From Nymphaea colorata (taxonomy: Eukaryota), in NCBI RefSeq assembly GCF_008831285.2, contig NC_045138.2, forward strand, positions 4,526,001 to 4,590,000: a DNA stretch of 64,000 nucleotides. Reading direction: 5' to 3'. Position numbers and translations under genes: made by a program. The notes beneath the pieces are model-generated. The model saw only the letters and a list, made by a program, of their open reading frames with translations, had not been told where the DNA came from and did not search any database. The stretch's first letter is position 1; the number at the start of each line of letters is the position of its first letter. Shown here piece after piece: positions 61,339-64,000 of this stretch.

Positions 61339-64000
61339 TATTAACACCCCAAATTTTTCCACATCAAAAGTGAAGCAATGTGAAAATTTCACAAAGGAAT
61401 TGTGAAAATTTGTAATTTCAAGGCCAATTTTGAATCTAAACACAATTTGGATTCAAACCATGAATTTGACCCGTGATACGAATTCCAATGCAGGATTACG
61501 AGTCCAAACTATTTGCAAATATCATTTGAAATCCAAATCCAATTGCAAAATTCAATTTTTGACTTAAATCCAAGAATTGTATCTAATTCAATCTAAAATG
61601 CTACGTGGGACCCACGTGTGGGCCCCACCTAGCCCGTGTGGTCAAGAGCCCCACAGGGGTCACACCCCCTCTATTTAAAAAAAAGATATTTTATCTCAAT
61701 TAAATGAAGAAAAGTCATTTTCAAGGAAAAATGAATGAGAAACCTAGGAAAATAGAGACATTTATGTCTCTCTCTCTTCTTTAGCAAGGTCCTCTTTAAA
61801 GAGGAGTCAATTTCCTAAAAGCAATAACTAGGGAGGTCAAACTCACCTAACCTACTTAATTCAAGTAGGTTTGACCCTAGTGCACCCAAATATGGCACCA
61901 ATCTCGGCTAGGTTTAGTCAACATGAGCTCAGATTGACCAGAAAGGTAGGTCTATCTCACGATCCAATTAATGGACGAAAATAGACTTTGACCGAATCAA
62001 GTCCGCTTTGACTAAACTCTGTCGAACTACAACTCAGCTCAAGTAAGAGCTTTCTTAGCTCAAATTTATCAACTTACCTCAAACAAATCAAACTACTCGA
62101 AAATGAGCTTTGACTTAGGTCAATTGGTCGAAATTGACCAATCTGGATAATTTTGCCCTTTCATGGTCAAATTGAGATTACATAGCCTAAATTGGTTTAC
62201 AAAAGACACATATACAATTTTGATTTATCAAATACATAAATCAAATACCAAATTAAAATTCAATATTTCAAACAAAAAGTTTGATTCAGTTGAAATCCTT
62301 TTTCTAATCAACTTATGGATGAAAATACCCTTTTCAAGCCAAATTTGATAGAATTTTTAAATTTTACTTAAATTTAAATTGGATTATCATAATTGAATGA
62401 TATTTGAAGTTTAGTAACTAGGTTTTAACCTAACAAGTTCGATTTCAAACAAAAAAAAAAGCACAAAATAAGGAAAAACCCTGTACAAGGGCATTTTCAT
62501 CCAAAATTTTGGTCAAAGTTGGTCAGCTAGGTCTGAACCAATGTTGACCAAACCTAGCCCAGCCCACCTAGTTCGTGTAAATGGGCAAAGAAATGGTCAA
62601 TTAGAGCCTTTAAACCCTCTTTAACTCATTTTATAAGTTCTCAAGCAAGTTCCTAAGGTGAGTTAAGGAGGTGGTTGAACCCACCTCCTCCTTTATATAT
62701 GCCTCCCCTTGGCCACCAAGAGGGAGGACAAAATTTTTGAAGGAGTATCAATTAAGGATCTAAGAGGGAGAGGCCAAGGAGGAGAAGAAGATTTCGTTCA
62801 AGCCTTTTTCACCCTTTCTCCCATTTCCTTCTTCATTTTCTTCTATTCTCCCTACTGATTTTGCTAAGTTAGGGTGCTAAAGTGGACCCTTACTTAGGAT
62901 TTTTGTAGTGAGAAACTCTCTTTACTACTCCAAATTCCAGCAAGCAAGCTATTCTACTTCTAGCTTTGCTAAGCTCGAATCCAAGCTTGGATTCTTTCTT
63001 AGGATTGCTCGATTTAGAAAACAAATGAAGGCGAAAATCAAACATCAAGACCAACCACAAGGTAGGTGATTTTAAGTCATTTCTCATATACTTTATCTTC
63101 TTGTTGTTCATTTTAATTTCAGTAATTCGTGGGAGGGATTATTTTCATTTATGTTATAGCTGAGAATGATGTCCAGTTAGGGGAAACATACAATTCAATC
63201 TACATGTTAATGCATAATGCATGCATACGTTGGTTTTTCTTAAAAACACTCATATATCAAATTTTGAAATGGGCCCCAAGGCTACGTCCCTTTCAAAACA
63301 ACCAGCTTAATACCATCTTAAACTCCCTACCATGAGAGAATCCCACGGTGAGAGAGTGATTTTGCTACAACATATATGATGAAAATGCCTATTAGAGATG
63401 GACATTCCTATGAATATGATCCACTCTTGCATGGCGAAATGATGGATGAACAAGCTTGAGCATTGTTTCGTTTTTCTTGTTATTTAAAGTCACTTTGATT
63501 CATATCTTTCAACTTAATTGATCAAGGGTAGTAGAGGAGATTGTAAACAAGTTTTCAATCTTTCTATGTAAAAGAACCCAGCCATGAATCATCATGATTC
63601 ATGAGTCATGCGGTCCCTTGATTAAATTCCATTTTGAAGAGTAAGACACATATATATATATATATATATTGTTATATATATACACGTGCAATCTCTTCTT
63701 AAAAATCATTTTCCTCTCTTAAAATCAGGTTGGAACACGTTTGCAAACTGGTTTTAAGAAAACAGATCATTTTGATTTTCATTACACCAAGTTATGAGAT
63801 CATTTTCATTTCATTTTAAAATTTGCTCAATTTCAGCAATCCATAAATAAGATCTATGTATGTTGTTGAAATCATACCATGTTTTATAGGAATTGGTTTA
63901 AGAATGTCAAAGTTTACATATTTGAAATGCCAACTATCCTACAACCATCCAAAAATGTTGACGATTTCATGAGTAGGAAATCTGAAATTTGATGAAGGAC
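61339..64000 (+). repeat. 3' LTR, ~3.8 kb predicted, incomplete in this window
   Basis: Starts TATTAACACCCC, an imperfect inverse of the 5' LTR end GGGGTGCGAACA, after the purine tract AGCAAAGAGGTGCATC. From 62788 it matches the 5' LTR. Confidence 0.85.

Larger units (their letters stand above)
53102..64000 (+). mobile_element. Non-autonomous Ty3/Gypsy LTR retrotransposon, Tat/Ogre-type; runs past the window end
   Basis: Long direct repeats (53102 onward matches 62788 onward). The 5' LTR ends GGGGTGCGAACA at 55494 and is followed by a PBS. The interior has a PMD ORF, then the RT N-terminus, RNase H, a second (archaeal-type) RNase H and integrase with a GPY motif. A purine tract precedes the 3' LTR, which starts TATTAACACCCC at 61339. 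Confidence 0.92.

Overview
AT-rich, intron-containing plant nuclear DNA, probably from an angiosperm; the species cannot be determined from the sequence alone. From left to right the window holds: (1) the 3' exons of a mitochondrial single-stranded DNA-binding protein gene (+), whose long intron carries an A-B-C / inv(A-B) / B-C rearrangement forming a ~240-bp hairpin; (2) a class-B DnaJ/Hsp40 gene (-) with an intact C-terminal domain but a decayed J-domain exon; (3) a decaying CC-NB-LRR (NLR) cluster, comprising one intact single-exon CNL (12.5-16.0 kb, -), a scrambled LRR remnant (28.5-29.2 kb, -), an orphan NLR promoter/5'UTR (29.9-30.26 kb, +), a CNL with a premature stop and frameshift in its tandemly amplified LRR tail (35.8-38.9 kb, -) and a head-to-head truncated CNL pseudogene (47.4-48.3 kb, +); (4) many hAT- and Tourist-type MITEs plus LINE, Copia and possible CACTA remnants; (5) a non-autonomous Ty3/Gypsy Tat/Ogre-type LTR element from ~53.1 kb to beyond the window end, which lacks gag-protease and the RT core but keeps a plant mobile domain (PMD) ORF, a second RNase H and integrase. 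I found no rRNA, tRNA or CRISPR features and no convincing wholly new system. The best leads are the templated rearrangements, the repeated head-to-head NLR architecture, the J-domain-less DnaJ, the PMD-carrying deleted retroelement and an unidentified spliced gene remnant at 25.7-27.1 kb. All alignments were made by eye, with no database searches.
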